Shown here: positions 48,617 through 61,280 of the stretch, piece by piece | Position numbering within the stretch: the stretch's first letter is position 1 | How the letters are laid out: each line of letters begins with the position of its first letter | NCBI GenBank assembly: GCA_045533775.1 | Contig: JAZSIK010000036.1 | Location: 1-61,280 of the forward strand | DNA: 61,280 nucleotides | Source: Eubacteriales bacterium | Lineage (GTDB): Bacteria; Bacillota; Clostridia; Oscillospirales; CAG-272 | Reading direction: 5' to 3' | Program-made: the position numbers and the translations under genes | Notes under the pieces: model-generated | What the model was told of the DNA's origin: nothing | Seen by the model: only the letters and a program-made list of their open reading frames with translations | Databases searched by the model: none

Positions 48617-50500
48617 TTACTTTCCTAAATATATAAGCAGCACGCTGATATCAGCAGGGTTAACGCCGCTTATTCTCGCCGCCTGACCTATACTGACAGG
48701 GCGGATCTTGTCCAGCTTTTCTGCCGACTCAAGACGGAGGCCAACAATAGACTTATAGTCAATATCGGCAGGAAGCCTTTTGTCCTCCAGCTTTTTCTGT
48801 CGCTCCACCTCGGCAAGCTCGCGCTTGATATATCCCTGATATTTTACCTTTATCTCGGCAGTCCTGATCACCGATGAAGGAAGCGGGGGTCTGTTTATAT
48901 CTATCGGTGCAATAGCCTTGTAGGACAGCTCAGGGCGGCGTAAAAGCTCGGCAAGCTTTATACCTGTGGTAATTTCTGATGAGCCGAGAGAACGCAGCAG
49001 AGCGTTGTTTTCCTCCGTAGGAGGAATTGTTGTCCTCTCAAGGCGCAAAATCTCGCTCTCAATCGCCTTTTGCTTGTTAAGGAAGGCGTTATATCTCTCA
49101 TCGTTAATAAGACCTACGCTGTGTCCTATGGGCGTCAGACGCTCATCTGCATTATCCTGTCTCAGCAGCAGTCTGTACTCGCTGCGGGAGGTCATCATAC
49201 GGTATGGCTCTGCGGCGCCCTTGGTAACAAGATCGTCAATCAACGTACCGATATATGACGAGGAGCGCGGGAGAATCATAGGCTCGTCACCCCGCTCTGC
49301 GAGGGCAGCGTTTATTCCGGCCACAAGTCCCTGTGCAGCAGCCTCCTCATATCCCGAGGTGCCGTTAAACTGACCTGCTCCGTAAAGACCGCTGACCGCC
49401 TTAAACTCCAGCGTGGGATACATCTCCGTCGGGTCAGCGCAGTCATATTCTATGGCGTATGCATAGCGCATGATCTCAGCCTTATCAAAGCCCTTGAGGC
49501 TATGAAGCATCTCATATTGAATGTCCGTGGGCATAGAGGTAGAGAAGCCCTGTATATAAAGCTCGTCGGTGTCAAGACCGAAGGGCTCAACAAAGAGCTG
49601 GTGCCTCTCCTTATCTGCAAAGCGCACAAGCTTGGTCTCAATAGAGGGACAGTATCTCGGTCCCTCACCTGTTATATTACCCGAATACATAGCGCTTCTA
49701 TCCAGATTGTCAAGAATTAGCTTATGTGTATCTGAATTAGTGTAAACGATATGGCAGCTGCGCAGATTTACCTGATCCTGTGGCTTCTTTTGCGTACGAA
49801 CCGAGTAAGGAACAGGATCGTCCTCCCCCTCCTGCAGCTCAAGCACAGAAAGATCCACCGAGCGCAGATGCACACGGGCGGGGGTGCCTGTCTTAAATCG
49901 CTGAAGCGTCAGTCCAAGCCTCCTCAGAGAGTCGGAAAGTCCCACCGCGGGCATCAACCCGTCGGGACCCGAGGAGATAACCTTATCGCCCACAAATATG
50001 CAGCTATCAAGGAATGTACCGCTGGCAATAATAACTCTGTTACAGCGCCAGATCTCGCCAAGAGAGGTCACAACTCCTGTGACGTGAGCCCTTCCCTCTC
50101 GCTCATCTGTGAGAATATCCACTATCTCCGACTGAATAAGGCGGAGGTTCTTCTCGGACTCAAGAGTTCTCTTCATCTGTCTCTTATACTCTGCTCTGTC
50201 CGCCTGAACCCGCTTTGAATGAACGGCAGCGCCCTTACCCAAATTAAGCGTGCGCGACTGTATGGTGGCAAGGTCGGCAGCATAGCCCATCTCTCCGCCG
50301 AGAGCGTCTATTTCAAACACGAGATGCCCCTTTGCACTGCCTCCGATAGAGGGGTTGCAGGGCATATTTCCAACTGCATCAAGGTTGGTAGTAAATAAAA
50401 CGGTATCAATGCCCATTCTTGCGGAGGCGAGGGCTGCCTCAATACCCGCGTGGCCTGCGCCAATCACGGCAATAGAAGTATAAAGCTTCATTTTCTCCAA
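48617..50500 (-). CDS. mnmG: tRNA uridine-5-carboxymethylaminomethyl modification enzyme MnmG/GidA
   Basis: VIGAGHAG, MPCNPSIGG, FKTGTP, PRYCPSIE, GQFNGTSGYEEAAAQG and EPYRMMTSRSEYRL motifs. Confidence 0.97.
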   Translation of the reverse strand: MEKMKLYTSIAVIGAGHAGIEAALASARMGIDTVLFTTNLDAVGNMPCNPSIGGSAKGHLVFEIDALGGEMGYAADLATIQSRTLNLGKGAAVHSKRVQADRAEYKRQMKRTLESEKNLRLIQSEIVDILTDEREGRAHVTGVVTSLGEIWRCNRVIIASGTFLDSCIFVGDKVISSGPDGLMPAVGLSDSLRRLGLTLQRFKTGTPARVHLRSVDLSVLELQEGEDDPVPYSVRTQKKPQDQVNLRSCHIVYTNSDTHKLILDNLDRSAMYSGNITGEGPRYCPSIETKLVRFADKERHQLFVEPFGLDTDELYIQGFSTSMPTDIQYEMLHSLKGFDKAEIMRYAYAIEYDCADPTEMYPTLEFKAVSGLYGAGQFNGTSGYEEAAAQGLVAGINAALAERGDEPMILPRSSSYIGTLIDDLVTKGAAEPYRMMTSRSEYRLLLRQDNADERLTPIGHSVGLINDERYNAFLNKQKAIESEILRLERTTIPPTEENNALLRSLGSSEITTGIKLAELLRRPELSYKAIAPIDINRPPLPSSVIRTAEIKVKYQGYIKRELAEVERQKKLEDKRLPADIDYKSIVGLRLESAEKLDKIRPVSIGQAARISGVNPADISVLLIYLGK

Positions 50501-50539
50501 CCTTTCTTAAGATTTATCTGAATGATAATTATTTTCTGA

Positions 50540-51313
50540 TCAAAAGCCCACCGGCTCAACGCCCGTCACTCTGCCGGAGGATGTATCAAGAGTAAAGATA
50601 ACACCGTTGGCATAGCATTTTCCGTTCGCCAGCTTGAAGGGGTGAGGGAGAGAAGATCTCATACGCATAACGATGGTCTCGGCATCCATACCGAGAATAC
50701 CACCGCTCTCACCACACATACCCACATCCGTAATATATCCCGTGCCCTTTGGCAATATCTGTCCGTCTGCCGTCTGAACATGGGTGTGGGTGCCGAAAAC
50801 TACATTTATTTTACCGTCATAGGCATAGCCTACGGCAAGCTTCTCGCCTGTTGCCTCGGCGTGAATGTCAAGAATAGAAAAGTCGTAATTGCCCTCCTCC
50901 TCTGACAAAACACGGTCAATATAGGTAAAGGGAGAGTCAAGAACAGGATCAATATGTACCCTGCCAAGAGCGTTGATCACAAGCATACGATAGCCGAGAG
51001 CATCAAGGATGGTATATCCTCTGCCGGGCGCAGAATCACCAAAATTAATGGGACGAATTATCTCCCCGGTATCGTCAAGATAGGTATATGACCGCTTATT
51101 GCGGAGGGTGTGGTTGCCGCCTGAAATACAGTCGGCTCCCGCGCGGAGCAGAATGTCCGCAAGGTCGGGGGAAATGCCTGTGATAAAGGAGGCATTTTCA
51201 CCGTTCACAACACAAAAATCAATCTTATTTTCCTCTCTGAATCGCCAGAGATTTCTTTTGAGATGCTCAATTCCCGCGGGACTTGTCACATCTCCGATAA
51301 CGAGTATCTTCAT
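50540..51313 (-). CDS. ymdB: YmdB-family metallophosphoesterase
   Basis: IGDV, NGENA, GGNH, DIHAEATGEK, GTHTHVQTAD and TDVGMCG motifs; follows rny. Confidence 0.93.
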   Translation of the reverse strand: MKILVIGDVTSPAGIEHLKRNLWRFREENKIDFCVVNGENASFITGISPDLADILLRAGADCISGGNHTLRNKRSYTYLDDTGEIIRPINFGDSAPGRGYTILDALGYRMLVINALGRVHIDPVLDSPFTYIDRVLSEEEGNYDFSILDIHAEATGEKLAVGYAYDGKINVVFGTHTHVQTADGQILPKGTGYITDVGMCGESGGILGMDAETIVMRMRSSLPHPFKLANGKCYANGVIFTLDTSSGRVTGVEPVGF

Positions 51314-51454
51314 AAGAAAACTTTCTATCCGGGTCTTTCCCCGGCGCCAATTTTTTATTATTTATGGGGCTATCACGCTGTGAAAGCCCCATTTTTTATT
51401 TTGTTTTATGGATCGTCAGTAATTAAGCAGAAAATAAATAAATCTACAATTTTA

Positions 51455-53002
51455 TCACTTAGCATAATCCACGTGACGGGATTCGCGAATAACAGATACC
51501 TTGATCTGTCCGGGATAGTCAAGAGAGTCCTCAATCTTCTTAGCGATGTCGCGCGCGAGGATCTTCATCTTATCGTCAGAGATAACCTCGGGCTTAACCA
51601 TAATTCTGACCTCACGGCCGGCCTGGATAGCAAAGGTCTTCTCAACACCCTCAAAGTCGCCCGCAACCTCCTCAAGCTTCTGAAGACGCTTAATGTAATT
51701 CTCTACATCCTCACGGCGTGCGCCGGGACGTGCAGCACTGATGGCGTCGGCTGCCTGAATAATAAAGTCAAGCGCGCTCTTGGGCTCAATATCGTTGTGG
51801 TGAGCCTGGATTGCGTGGATAATATCCTTGTTCTCGCGATACTTGGTAGCAATATCAACGCCAAGCTGTACGTGAGAGCCGTCAACCTCAGCGGTAATAG
51901 CCTTACCGATATCGTGGAGCAGACCGGCTCTGCGAGCCTGGGTAACATCAACGCCCATCTCCTCTGCCATAACGCCTGCCAGCATAGAAACCTCTATGGA
52001 ATGACGGAGAGCGTTCTGACCGTAGGAGGTACGGTACTTCATACGGCCGAGCAGCTTAATAAGCTCGGGATGCAGGCCGTGTACGCCTGTCTCAAAGATA
52101 GCCTTCTCGCCGGCCTTCTTGATCTCAACCTCAACATCGCGGCGCGCCTTCTCAACCATCTCCTCAATTCTCGCGGGATGGATACGGCCGTCGCTGATAA
52201 GCTTCTCAAGAGCGAGTCTTGCGATCTCGCGTCTTACGGGATCAAAGCCGGAAACGGTAATAACATCGGGAGTATCATCAATGATAAGCTCAACACCGGT
52301 AAGATTCTCAATGGTACGGATATTTCTACCCTCACGACCGATAATTCTACCCTTCATCTCATCACCGGGGATCTCAACAACAGAGATAGCTATTTCGCTG
52401 ACATGGTCAGCAGCAAAGCGCTGGATAGCGAGAGAAAGAATGTCACGCGCCTTTGTATCAGCCTCGTCCTTAAATCTCTCCTCATACTCTGCGATCTTGA
52501 TAGCAGTCTCGTGCTGCATCTCGGAATCAAGGCGGGCAACGAGCTCAGCCTTTGCCTCCTCGCTTGTGAGACCTGCGATCTTCTCAAGCATAGCAAGCTG
52601 TCCCTGGAGAGTCTTGTTTATCTCCTCGCGGGTCTTGTCAGCATCTGCAAGCTTTTCATTAAGCAGCGCCTCTTTCTTCTCAATCTTCTCAAGCTTTGCA
52701 TCAAGAGCCTCCTCCTTCTGGATATTTCTTCTCTCCAGACGGGAAACCTCCTTGCGACGCTCGTTAATGTCACGGTCAGCCTCCTTCTTCAAATCAAGGA
52801 TCTCACTCTTTGCGGACATTATTGATTCTTTCTTAGTAATTTCTGCGTTCTTGATAGCATCCTCAAGTATCTTTCTCGCCTGCTCTTCAGCAGAACCGAT
52901 TTTCTTCTCGGCAGACATCTTGCGGAGTATAAAACCAATTGCTAAGCCAACGGCTAAAGCAACGATAATCAATACAATAGCAAGTATAAGATTAATTTCC
53001 AA
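51455..53002 (-). CDS. rny: Ribonuclease Y
   Basis: N-terminal TM, coiled coil, KH ([14 protein letters not shown]) and HD (LLHDIGK) domains; AGGAGG RBS before TTG at 53002. Confidence 0.96.
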   Translation of the reverse strand: MEINLILAIVLIIVALAVGLAIGFILRKMSAEKKIGSAEEQARKILEDAIKNAEITKKESIMSAKSEILDLKKEADRDINERRKEVSRLERRNIQKEEALDAKLEKIEKKEALLNEKLADADKTREEINKTLQGQLAMLEKIAGLTSEEAKAELVARLDSEMQHETAIKIAEYEERFKDEADTKARDILSLAIQRFAADHVSEIAISVVEIPGDEMKGRIIGREGRNIRTIENLTGVELIIDDTPDVITVSGFDPVRREIARLALEKLISDGRIHPARIEEMVEKARRDVEVEIKKAGEKAIFETGVHGLHPELIKLLGRMKYRTSYGQNALRHSIEVSMLAGVMAEEMGVDVTQARRAGLLHDIGKAITAEVDGSHVQLGVDIATKYRENKDIIHAIQAHHNDIEPKSALDFIIQAADAISAARPGARREDVENYIKRLQKLEEVAGDFEGVEKTFAIQAGREVRIMVKPEVISDDKMKILARDIAKKIEDSLDYPGQIKVSVIRESRHVDYAK

Positions 53003-53377
53003 TTTACACCTCCTTCTGATTACTTTTTTTGGTAATCTATATACATTTACTTGTTTCTTTAATATGATGCAAAGCATACTAAAAGTAATTAATGAACCGA
53101 TCTTTTTCGTGTGCGCGCACTCATACATATATAATTATATATTATATTTATGGTAAAGTCAAGCGATATTTTTGTAAAAGTATTTTATTAAAGGTTAATT
53201 TTTCCTTTATTATTCACCTATATTTGCCATTTTTCGCCCACTTTTATATCAAAAACAGCTTTTTGAGTATATTTTGGTGGGTTTTGAGAATATTTTGATT
53301 ATAGGTTATTTTTAGCACTTAACCATTGCAATTGCCGAATATTAACAAAAAGTTCATAAAATTATCAATAAAAGTTC

Positions 53378-53406
53378 TTGACTTATCCAGGAAAATAGGG
53401 TATATT
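53378..53406 (+). promoter_or_regulatory. sigma-A promoter of the hrcA operon
   Basis: TTGACT, 17-bp spacer, TATATT. Confidence 0.7.
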
Positions 53407-53419
53407 ATATATGCTCACA

Positions 53420-53446
53420 TTAGCACTCTGACCATTCAAGTGCTAA
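53420..53446. promoter_or_regulatory. CIRCE operator (HrcA site); degenerate second copy at 53312-53338
   Basis: TTAGCACTC-N9-AAGTGCTAA, one mismatch to consensus. Confidence 0.92.
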
Positions 53447-53470
53447 AATTAAACGAGGGAGGTTGATAAA

Positions 53471-54532
53471 ATGGATGATTCACGACTGACACCGCGAAAA
53501 ATGCAAATACTTAAAGCAATAGTGGACGCCCATATTGCAGGCGGCGAGCCTGTTGGCTCCAAATATCTTTCGCAGGATGACAACATCACCTGTTCACCCG
53601 CTACCATCAGAAACGAGATGGCAGAGCTTGAGGAAATGGGTTATCTTCTTCAGCCCCACACCTCAGCCGGCAGAGTTCCCTCAGAGCTGGCATACAGATA
53701 TTATGTTGACGCCCTTGTACATCAGTACGCCAACACCCGAGCAGAGATAGACGAGATAAACGAGTCGCTGCGCTACAAGCTGGGTGAGATGGATGAGATC
53801 CTCTCGGAGGTTTCCCGTCTCGCAGCATCCTTTACCGACTACACCGGAATAGCCTTTAAGCCCGGAGTCGGCAAGGTGAGGATCGTGCAGTTCAAGAGCG
53901 TTCTGCTCTCGGGCAGAGATTTTCTACTGATTATGACCTTTGAGGGTGATATAGTAAAAACCAAGACCATCCACCTGCCCTTCACTCTCGGCGAGGATGT
54001 GCTGCGTAGGTTTACCGAGGCGCTGAATATTTATCTTGTGAATCAGCCCAGCGACAGCATTACAATGCCTACTATAATGAAGCTGGAGGCGGTTATGGGC
54101 TCAGCCGGAGCAATGGTTCACCCCACTATAAAGGCCATATATGAAACAATGAACGAGCTTGATACGGCTGATATTAAGCTTGAGGGCATTACAAAGCTGC
54201 TTCAGTACCCCGAATATTCGGATATATCCGACTTCAGAAACCTTATGGGTATGCTGGAGGAAAAGGACAGATTCCTTGACGTAATCTCAAAAGAGGCGTC
54301 GGATGACAGCGATATACACGTATATATCGGTACGGAGAGCGAATCTGACGCTATGAGAAACACGGCACTGATATTCAAAAAGGTGAATATCGGAGGCAAG
54401 GAGCTGGCAGTTGGTGTTATCGGACCCAAGAGAATGAACTACTCAAAGGTAATTGAGATGCTCAACGGTCTTGCCAGCGGAATTGACAGGGTGTTCAGCG
54501 ATTCATTGCTGCCACCGGGCTACGATGACTAA
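53471..54532 (+). CDS. hrcA: Heat-inducible transcription repressor
   Basis: EPVGSK, SPATIRNEMAELE, QPHTSAGRVP and GVIGPKRMNY motifs. Confidence 0.96.
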   Translation: MDDSRLTPRKMQILKAIVDAHIAGGEPVGSKYLSQDDNITCSPATIRNEMAELEEMGYLLQPHTSAGRVPSELAYRYYVDALVHQYANTRAEIDEINESLRYKLGEMDEILSEVSRLAASFTDYTGIAFKPGVGKVRIVQFKSVLLSGRDFLLIMTFEGDIVKTKTIHLPFTLGEDVLRRFTEALNIYLVNQPSDSITMPTIMKLEAVMGSAGAMVHPTIKAIYETMNELDTADIKLEGITKLLQYPEYSDISDFRNLMGMLEEKDRFLDVISKEASDDSDIHVYIGTESESDAMRNTALIFKKVNIGGKELAVGVIGPKRMNYSKVIEMLNGLASGIDRVFSDSLLPPGYDD

Positions 54533-54557
54533 ATAACACGCGAAAGGATCATTTTAA

Positions 54558-55088
54558 GTGGAAGAGAACAAGAATATTCCCGAAACCGCCGAGGAGGCGG
54601 TGAAGGCTGACAAAAAAGAAAAGAAGAGCCAGAAGGCTGATAAAAAGCTGCTGGCTGAGATAGAGGAGCTTAAGGCAAAGCTCGCAGAGTGCGAGGATAA
54701 GCATCTGCGTATGGCGGCAGAGTATGATAACTTCAGACGCCGCTCCAGAGAGGAAAAGGACGCAATATACGAGCTTGCTATGGCAGACACCGTAAAGGAG
54801 CTGCTGCCCATTCTTGACAATCTTGACAGAGCTGCAGGATATACCGAGGGCGAGAAGATCATTGAGGGTCTTGTGTTGACCGCAAAGTCTGCATCCGCAG
54901 TCTTTGAGAAGCTTGGTGTTGAGGAGTACGGCAAGGTTGGAGAGACCTTTGACCCCAATATTCACAACGCTGTGTTCCACATTGATGATGAGAATTACGG
55001 CGACGGAGAAATAGTTGAGGTGTTCCAGAAGGGATACAGAAAAGGTAAGCATATTATCAGATTTGCAATGGTAAAAACAGCAAATTAA
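54558..55088 (+). CDS. grpE: Nucleotide exchange factor GrpE
   Basis: AEYDNFRRR, LLPILDNLDRA, FDPNIHNAV and QKGY..IRFAMV motifs. Confidence 0.96.
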   Translation: MEENKNIPETAEEAVKADKKEKKSQKADKKLLAEIEELKAKLAECEDKHLRMAAEYDNFRRRSREEKDAIYELAMADTVKELLPILDNLDRAAGYTEGEKIIEGLVLTAKSASAVFEKLGVEEYGKVGETFDPNIHNAVFHIDDENYGDGEIVEVFQKGYRKGKHIIRFAMVKTAN

Positions 55089-55138
55089 GCAATATTTTAT
55101 AACTTAAGTTTACAAATAATAATAAAATACATCTATAA

Positions 55139-56992
<1,854 letters not shown>

Positions 56993-57138
56993 TCGGTAAG
57001 ACCAAAAAACAACCACTGACTAAAGATAGGGCGAATCAGAGTTCATCTCCGACTCGCCCTACAAAATGTATTAAAGACTATAAAAATATGTAATATTTGT
57101 AAACTATACATTACATTTATAGAGTAAAAGGCATAAAT

Positions 57139-58278
57139 ATGGCAGAAAACAAAAGAAATTATTACGAGGTCCTTGGTGTCAGTAAGACTGCCGGCGAGGA
57201 CGAAATAAAGAAGGCATATCGCTCACTCGCCAAGAAATATCACCCCGATATGAACCCCGGTGATAAGGAGGCTGAGGTAAAGTTCAAGGAAGTAAACGAA
57301 GCGTATGCTGTACTTTCGGACTCTGAGAAGAGATCTAAATACGACAGATTCGGTCACAACGCCTTTGACCCTGCATCCGGCGGCGGATACGGCGGTGGAT
57401 ACGGTGGTTTTAGCGGCGTTGACTTTGATTTTGGTGACATATTCTCCTCCTTCTTTGGCGGCGGTTCCACCTCCTCTCGCTCCCGCGCAAATATGCCCAT
57501 TGAGGGTGATGATGTAGGGGCGCGCATCAGCATTTTCTTTGAGGAGGCTGCCTTTGGCTGCAAGAAAGAGGTCAATTTTGCCAGAATAGAAAACTGTCCC
57601 GACTGCGGCGGCAGCGGTGCAAACAGCCAGGCAGATATTGAAAAATGTCCTGAATGTAACGGTCTTGGCCGTATTAATGTAAGACAGCAGACTCTACTTG
57701 GATATATGCAGACTCAAAGAACCTGTCAGCGTTGTACCGGTAGAGGTAAAATTATTAAAAACCCCTGTAAAAACTGTAATGGCAAGGGCAGAATCAAGAT
57801 CAACAAGAGGCTTGAGGTCAACATTCCATCGGGTATTGATGACAGACAAAACATTGTTCTGCGTGGTCAAGGCTCAGCAGGTATTAATGGCGGTCCTAAC
57901 GGTGATCTTATCATTGAGGTAAAAGTAAAAGAGGATAAGCTTTTCAGCCGCGAAGGAAATAATATTTACTGTGAGATTCCCATTTCCTTTGCCGAGGCTA
58001 CGCTCGGTGCAGAAATAGATGTACCTGTTCTCGGCGGAGAGACCGAAAAGTTCAGAATACCCGACGGTACTCAAAGCGGCACAAGCTTTACTCTTAAAAA
58101 TAAGGGTATTCCCGACATAAATACCAAACGTAAGGGTGATATGATCTTCACAGTTGCAGTAGAAACTCCCAAAAACCTCAACTCAAAGCAAAAAGAGTTG
58201 CTAAAAGCATTTGCAGAGTCACTTGGAGAGAATAATAACACCAAAAAGCAAAGCTTTTTCAAGAAGTTCTTTAAGTAA
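57139..58278 (+). CDS. dnaJ: Chaperone DnaJ
   Basis: J domain with HPD, G/F-rich region, four CxxCxGxG repeats. Confidence 0.97.
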   Translation: MAENKRNYYEVLGVSKTAGEDEIKKAYRSLAKKYHPDMNPGDKEAEVKFKEVNEAYAVLSDSEKRSKYDRFGHNAFDPASGGGYGGGYGGFSGVDFDFGDIFSSFFGGGSTSSRSRANMPIEGDDVGARISIFFEEAAFGCKKEVNFARIENCPDCGGSGANSQADIEKCPECNGLGRINVRQQTLLGYMQTQRTCQRCTGRGKIIKNPCKNCNGKGRIKINKRLEVNIPSGIDDRQNIVLRGQGSAGINGGPNGDLIIEVKVKEDKLFSREGNNIYCEIPISFAEATLGAEIDVPVLGGETEKFRIPDGTQSGTSFTLKNKGIPDINTKRKGDMIFTVAVETPKNLNSKQKELLKAFAESLGENNNTKKQSFFKKFFK

Positions 58279-58559
58279 CTTATCCCAATGCAATATCAAG
58301 GGAAAATACACTGTCACTACAAAAAAGTCAAGTTGAAGCTTCAAGCTAAAAATACTAAATGGTAAGAATTACCAATTACAATTACAAATTGTATAATTGT
58401 TAAAAATTACCATATTGTTTGTAAATAAAAAATACAAATAAACAAAAAAGCAAAACCAATGTACAATCGCATGACCTTTCAAAAGGAAAAAGCGAAAATA
58501 CATTGGTTTTTGTTATTTATTGAGCATTATAGTGTATAGTGTCAACTATTTTCAAAAAT

Positions 58560-59213
58560 TCAAATCAAATTGACCTCTGTGATGCCGACCCCATTCAGAT
58601 AATCGTCATTTGAATAACTTATTGGAGTAAAAATCTCGTTATCAAAGCTACAAATGGAGTAGGAAGCATTTGTTGCGAAAGGAACTCTTTCGGAAACAAG
58701 ATTCCAGGGGGTATTGGTAATTATTGACCAAAACGATCTGATAACCGCTGCATGTGCAGTAACAACTATAGTTTTTCCCGGATTTTTGTTGCAAATGGAA
58801 GCAATTTCGTTATAAAATCTCTTTCCGGCATCCTTCACACTCTCGCCAGAGGGAAAAGTGAACTCTCCAAAACGTTCTTTCCATTGATTTACGAACACTT
58901 CCCTGCCCCAAATCTCAATAAGCTGGTCAACATTCTTATTTTCCCACTCACCAGCGAACACTTCCCTGAGGTTTTTATCAGTAATTACACCTAAATTGTG
59001 CGGTTTTGCCACAGAAACAGCAGTTTCATAGGCTCTTTTAAGATCACTTGAGTAGATTTTATCAATTTTTACATTTGAAAGGACCTCTGAGGTGGCTTTT
59101 GCTTGCTGGATACCAAGCTCGGACAGTCCAAGATCGGTATGTCCAAGAAATATTCTATTCAAGTTCCCTAAACTTTGACCATGCCTGATCAAATATACAG
59201 TTGTTTTACTCAT
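58560..59213 (-). CDS. Histidine phosphatase family protein
   Basis: LIRHGQS, YSSDLKRA, LREVFAGEWE, GES and VTAHA motifs. Confidence 0.9.
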   Translation of the reverse strand: MSKTTVYLIRHGQSLGNLNRIFLGHTDLGLSELGIQQAKATSEVLSNVKIDKIYSSDLKRAYETAVSVAKPHNLGVITDKNLREVFAGEWENKNVDQLIEIWGREVFVNQWKERFGEFTFPSGESVKDAGKRFYNEIASICNKNPGKTIVVTAHAAVIRSFWSIITNTPWNLVSERVPFATNASYSICSFDNEIFTPISYSNDDYLNGVGITEVNLI

Positions 59214-59441
59214 TTTTCTTCCTTTATATTAATAAATATCAATATGTATATACAGGTTTACAAGTAAAAAAGTCAAAAAACTGTATATTAGTAAGTTATT
59301 TGGCAGTTAAACGCTGTAAAACCAATAACTTTGTTCTAAAAACTATTCTATTATACATCAATAGAACAAAAATGTCAAGTTATATTCCAATTTAACCGTA
59401 ATTAAACCAAAATTACAAGAGCAACGTAATATATGATTGAT

Positions 59442-59829
59442 TGTTTCATGTGAAACAAGATAATTATTTTATAGAATAGCAAAGATAAGGCTAAAATTAG
59501 TGTCATTATTGAATATTTTTATATAATAAGAGCAATATAATACTTAAATACTTATAATGTTTCATGTGAAACAATATAATCAGTTGAAATATTGAAAATT
59601 GCCTAAGTATGCATTGTTTCATGTGAAACAATACACAAATAACAGCAAAAGATACTTTTTTGATTGATTTGAATAGAAGCAAACTAATAAATTACTTATA
59701 TAACATTAATATAGTTTACTTAACGATTGTTTCACATGAAACATTTGTTAAAATTATAATTAAACTCTGTTTATGACCTGTGAAATGGTTAAAATTTATC
59801 TAATTAAGTATATTGTTCCACGTGAAACA
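59442..59829. promoter_or_regulatory. Cluster of five parS (ParB/Spo0J) sites
   Basis: TGTTTCATGTGAAACA at 59442, 59558 and 59615; TGTTTCACATGAAACA at 59728; TGTTCCACGTGAAACA at 59814. Confidence 0.92.
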
Positions 59830-59857
59830 ATATTTTTTGTCTTTTGCAGTAAAATGA

Positions 59858-59886
59858 TTGACTTTTATAGATATTTATAGTATAAT
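59858..59886 (+). promoter_or_regulatory. sigma-A promoter of parA
   Basis: TTGACT, 17-bp spacer, TATAAT. Confidence 0.75.
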
Positions 59887-59938
59887 AATAGTGAATAAAT
59901 ATAATATTTATATATTTTTAGACACTATGGAGGAAAAA

Positions 59939-60700
59939 ATGGCAAAGGTTATATCCTTTTCAAACCAAAAAGGTGGCGTTGGTAAGACTACTTCCTGTGT
60001 AAATATCTCCGCTCAGATTGCAAATAAAGGCAAAAAGGTACTTATGATTGATATGGATCCACAGGGAAATGCCACCAGTGGACTTGGTTTACAGAAATCT
60101 AAGATAAAAAACACTACATATGACGTTATTATAGGCAGATGCGACATTTCTGAGGCTATCATTAAGACAAGATTTAAGAATCTTTCTGTTGTTCCGGCAA
60201 ATATTTCGCTCGCAGGAGCCGAAATTGAGCTTCAGGAGCTTGATAAAAACCTCAATTTCACAAAAATAGCTCTTGATTCGGTTAAAAATGACTATGACTA
60301 CATATTTATTGACTGTCCTCCCTCCCTTGGAATGCTGACAGTTAAGGCATTGTCTGTTTCTGACGGTGTTGTTATACCGATGCAGTGCGAATTTTACTCT
60401 CTTGAGGGTATGTCTCAGCTCTTAAATACCATAAAAAAGATCAAATCTCTCTATAATCCCACTCTTCAGGTTGTAGGAATACTACTTACAATGTACAATG
60501 GAAGGCTTACATTGACCGGACAGGTTGTTGCAGAGCTTAAAAAGTACTACGCAGACAAGCTTTTCAAGGTTCCGATATCCAGAACAGTTCGTATTTCCGA
60601 AGCTCCCGGCTACGGAGAGCCAATTTGCTACCACGATCCGTACGGAAAGGGTTCTCTTGAGTATGCTGCAGTAGCAAAAGAGCTTATGCTTCGTATATAA
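59939..60700 (+). CDS. parA: ParA/Soj ATPase
   Basis: NQKGGVGKTT, DMDPQGNATSGLG, IDCPPSLG, PMQCEFYSLEG and EAPGYG motifs; GGAGG RBS. Confidence 0.95.
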   Translation: MAKVISFSNQKGGVGKTTSCVNISAQIANKGKKVLMIDMDPQGNATSGLGLQKSKIKNTTYDVIIGRCDISEAIIKTRFKNLSVVPANISLAGAEIELQELDKNLNFTKIALDSVKNDYDYIFIDCPPSLGMLTVKALSVSDGVVIPMQCEFYSLEGMSQLLNTIKKIKSLYNPTLQVVGILLTMYNGRLTLTGQVVAELKKYYADKLFKVPISRTVRISEAPGYGEPICYHDPYGKGSLEYAAVAKELMLRI

Positions 60701-60889
60701 TAAGCTATCCTCGCGATAGTTTTACCATTGATTTAGCTCATATACAGTTTATAAATAAAATAGAATAATAGCATTTTATATTTAATTATTAGATTTTATG
60801 TTGACATTTAATTAATTATGTCACTTAAAATACTATTATTTCTTAACAGTTTATTGTATCAGAATTAAATCATAATAGTTTAGGTATCT

Positions 60890-61177
60890 TTATCAACAAA
60901 AAATAGAATATCTTACGGTAAATCATCCGGTTTTTATTGGTAATATTTGGTATTATTATTTGTAGGAAAATCATTTTGAATATCTTACCATTTTATGGTA
61001 ATTTATCAACATAATATTACCACTATTTACCAAAAGTTATCAACATTTTCAACTTCAAGTATGTTGAAAACTTGTTATTTTATTGTTTTATTATATGAAA
61101 ATAGGCTCAATAAATGGCTGTTTTCCCTTGATTTATCTAATTTTCTTGATTTTTTGTTGATTTTCTATTTTTCCACA
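60890..61177. promoter_or_regulatory. AT-rich region with DnaA-box-like 9-mers (possible oriC flank)
   Basis: TTATCAACA at 60890, 61003 and 61037; reverse TTTTCAACA at 61062; TTTTCCACA at 61169. Confidence 0.5.
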
Positions 61178-61280
61178 TTTTTATGATCACATTTTCTCAT
61201 TTATTAGGTTCAAGTATTTGTTTTCGCAGATAAAAATATATTAACAAGGCATCTTTTTACTTAGAAAATTGATCATCAGG

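Noticed and set aside
58451-58512. Long hairpin AAAACCAATGTA...TACATTGGTTTT as an ncRNA
   Set aside because: Adequately explained as a terminator-like structure between convergent dnaJ and phosphatase genes

Overview
Chromosomal window from a Clostridia-like Firmicute (consensus sigma-A promoters, CIRCE/hrcA, rny-ymdB, ribonuclease M5, NrdD), probably near the replication origin: it ends with five parS palindromes, parA and a cluster of DnaA-box-like 9-mers. The left ~5 kb is an AT-rich accessory segment beside a tRNA-Thr(GGT). It holds an RHS toxin tip with a lipoprotein immunity candidate, an orphan 2TM protein, a small promoter-to-terminator transcript, VanZ, and a 271-bp tandem duplication carrying direct and inverted copies of the tRNA 3' end. 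The rest is mostly housekeeping: pfkA, mgsA-like, holA, asnA, a pyr operon without carA, cysK, nrdD, rnhA, trpS, maf, nth, rnmV, tcdA, mnmG, ymdB, rny and hrcA-grpE-dnaK-dnaJ. Main oddities: (1) a ~1.1 kb non-coding block between convergent genes with ~10-bp-phased A-tracts that flip to T-tracts at a central hairpin, bounded by T7-GATC-A-rich palindromes; (2) in-frame TAG codons at expected Glu positions in carB and nrdD, where a corrupted patch in dnaK argues for consensus error rather than recoding; (3) the tRNA-anchored repeat structure; (4) an MgsA lacking its catalytic residues; (5) two exported trigger-factor-like proteins. All product calls come from motif recognition by eye; no database searches were run.
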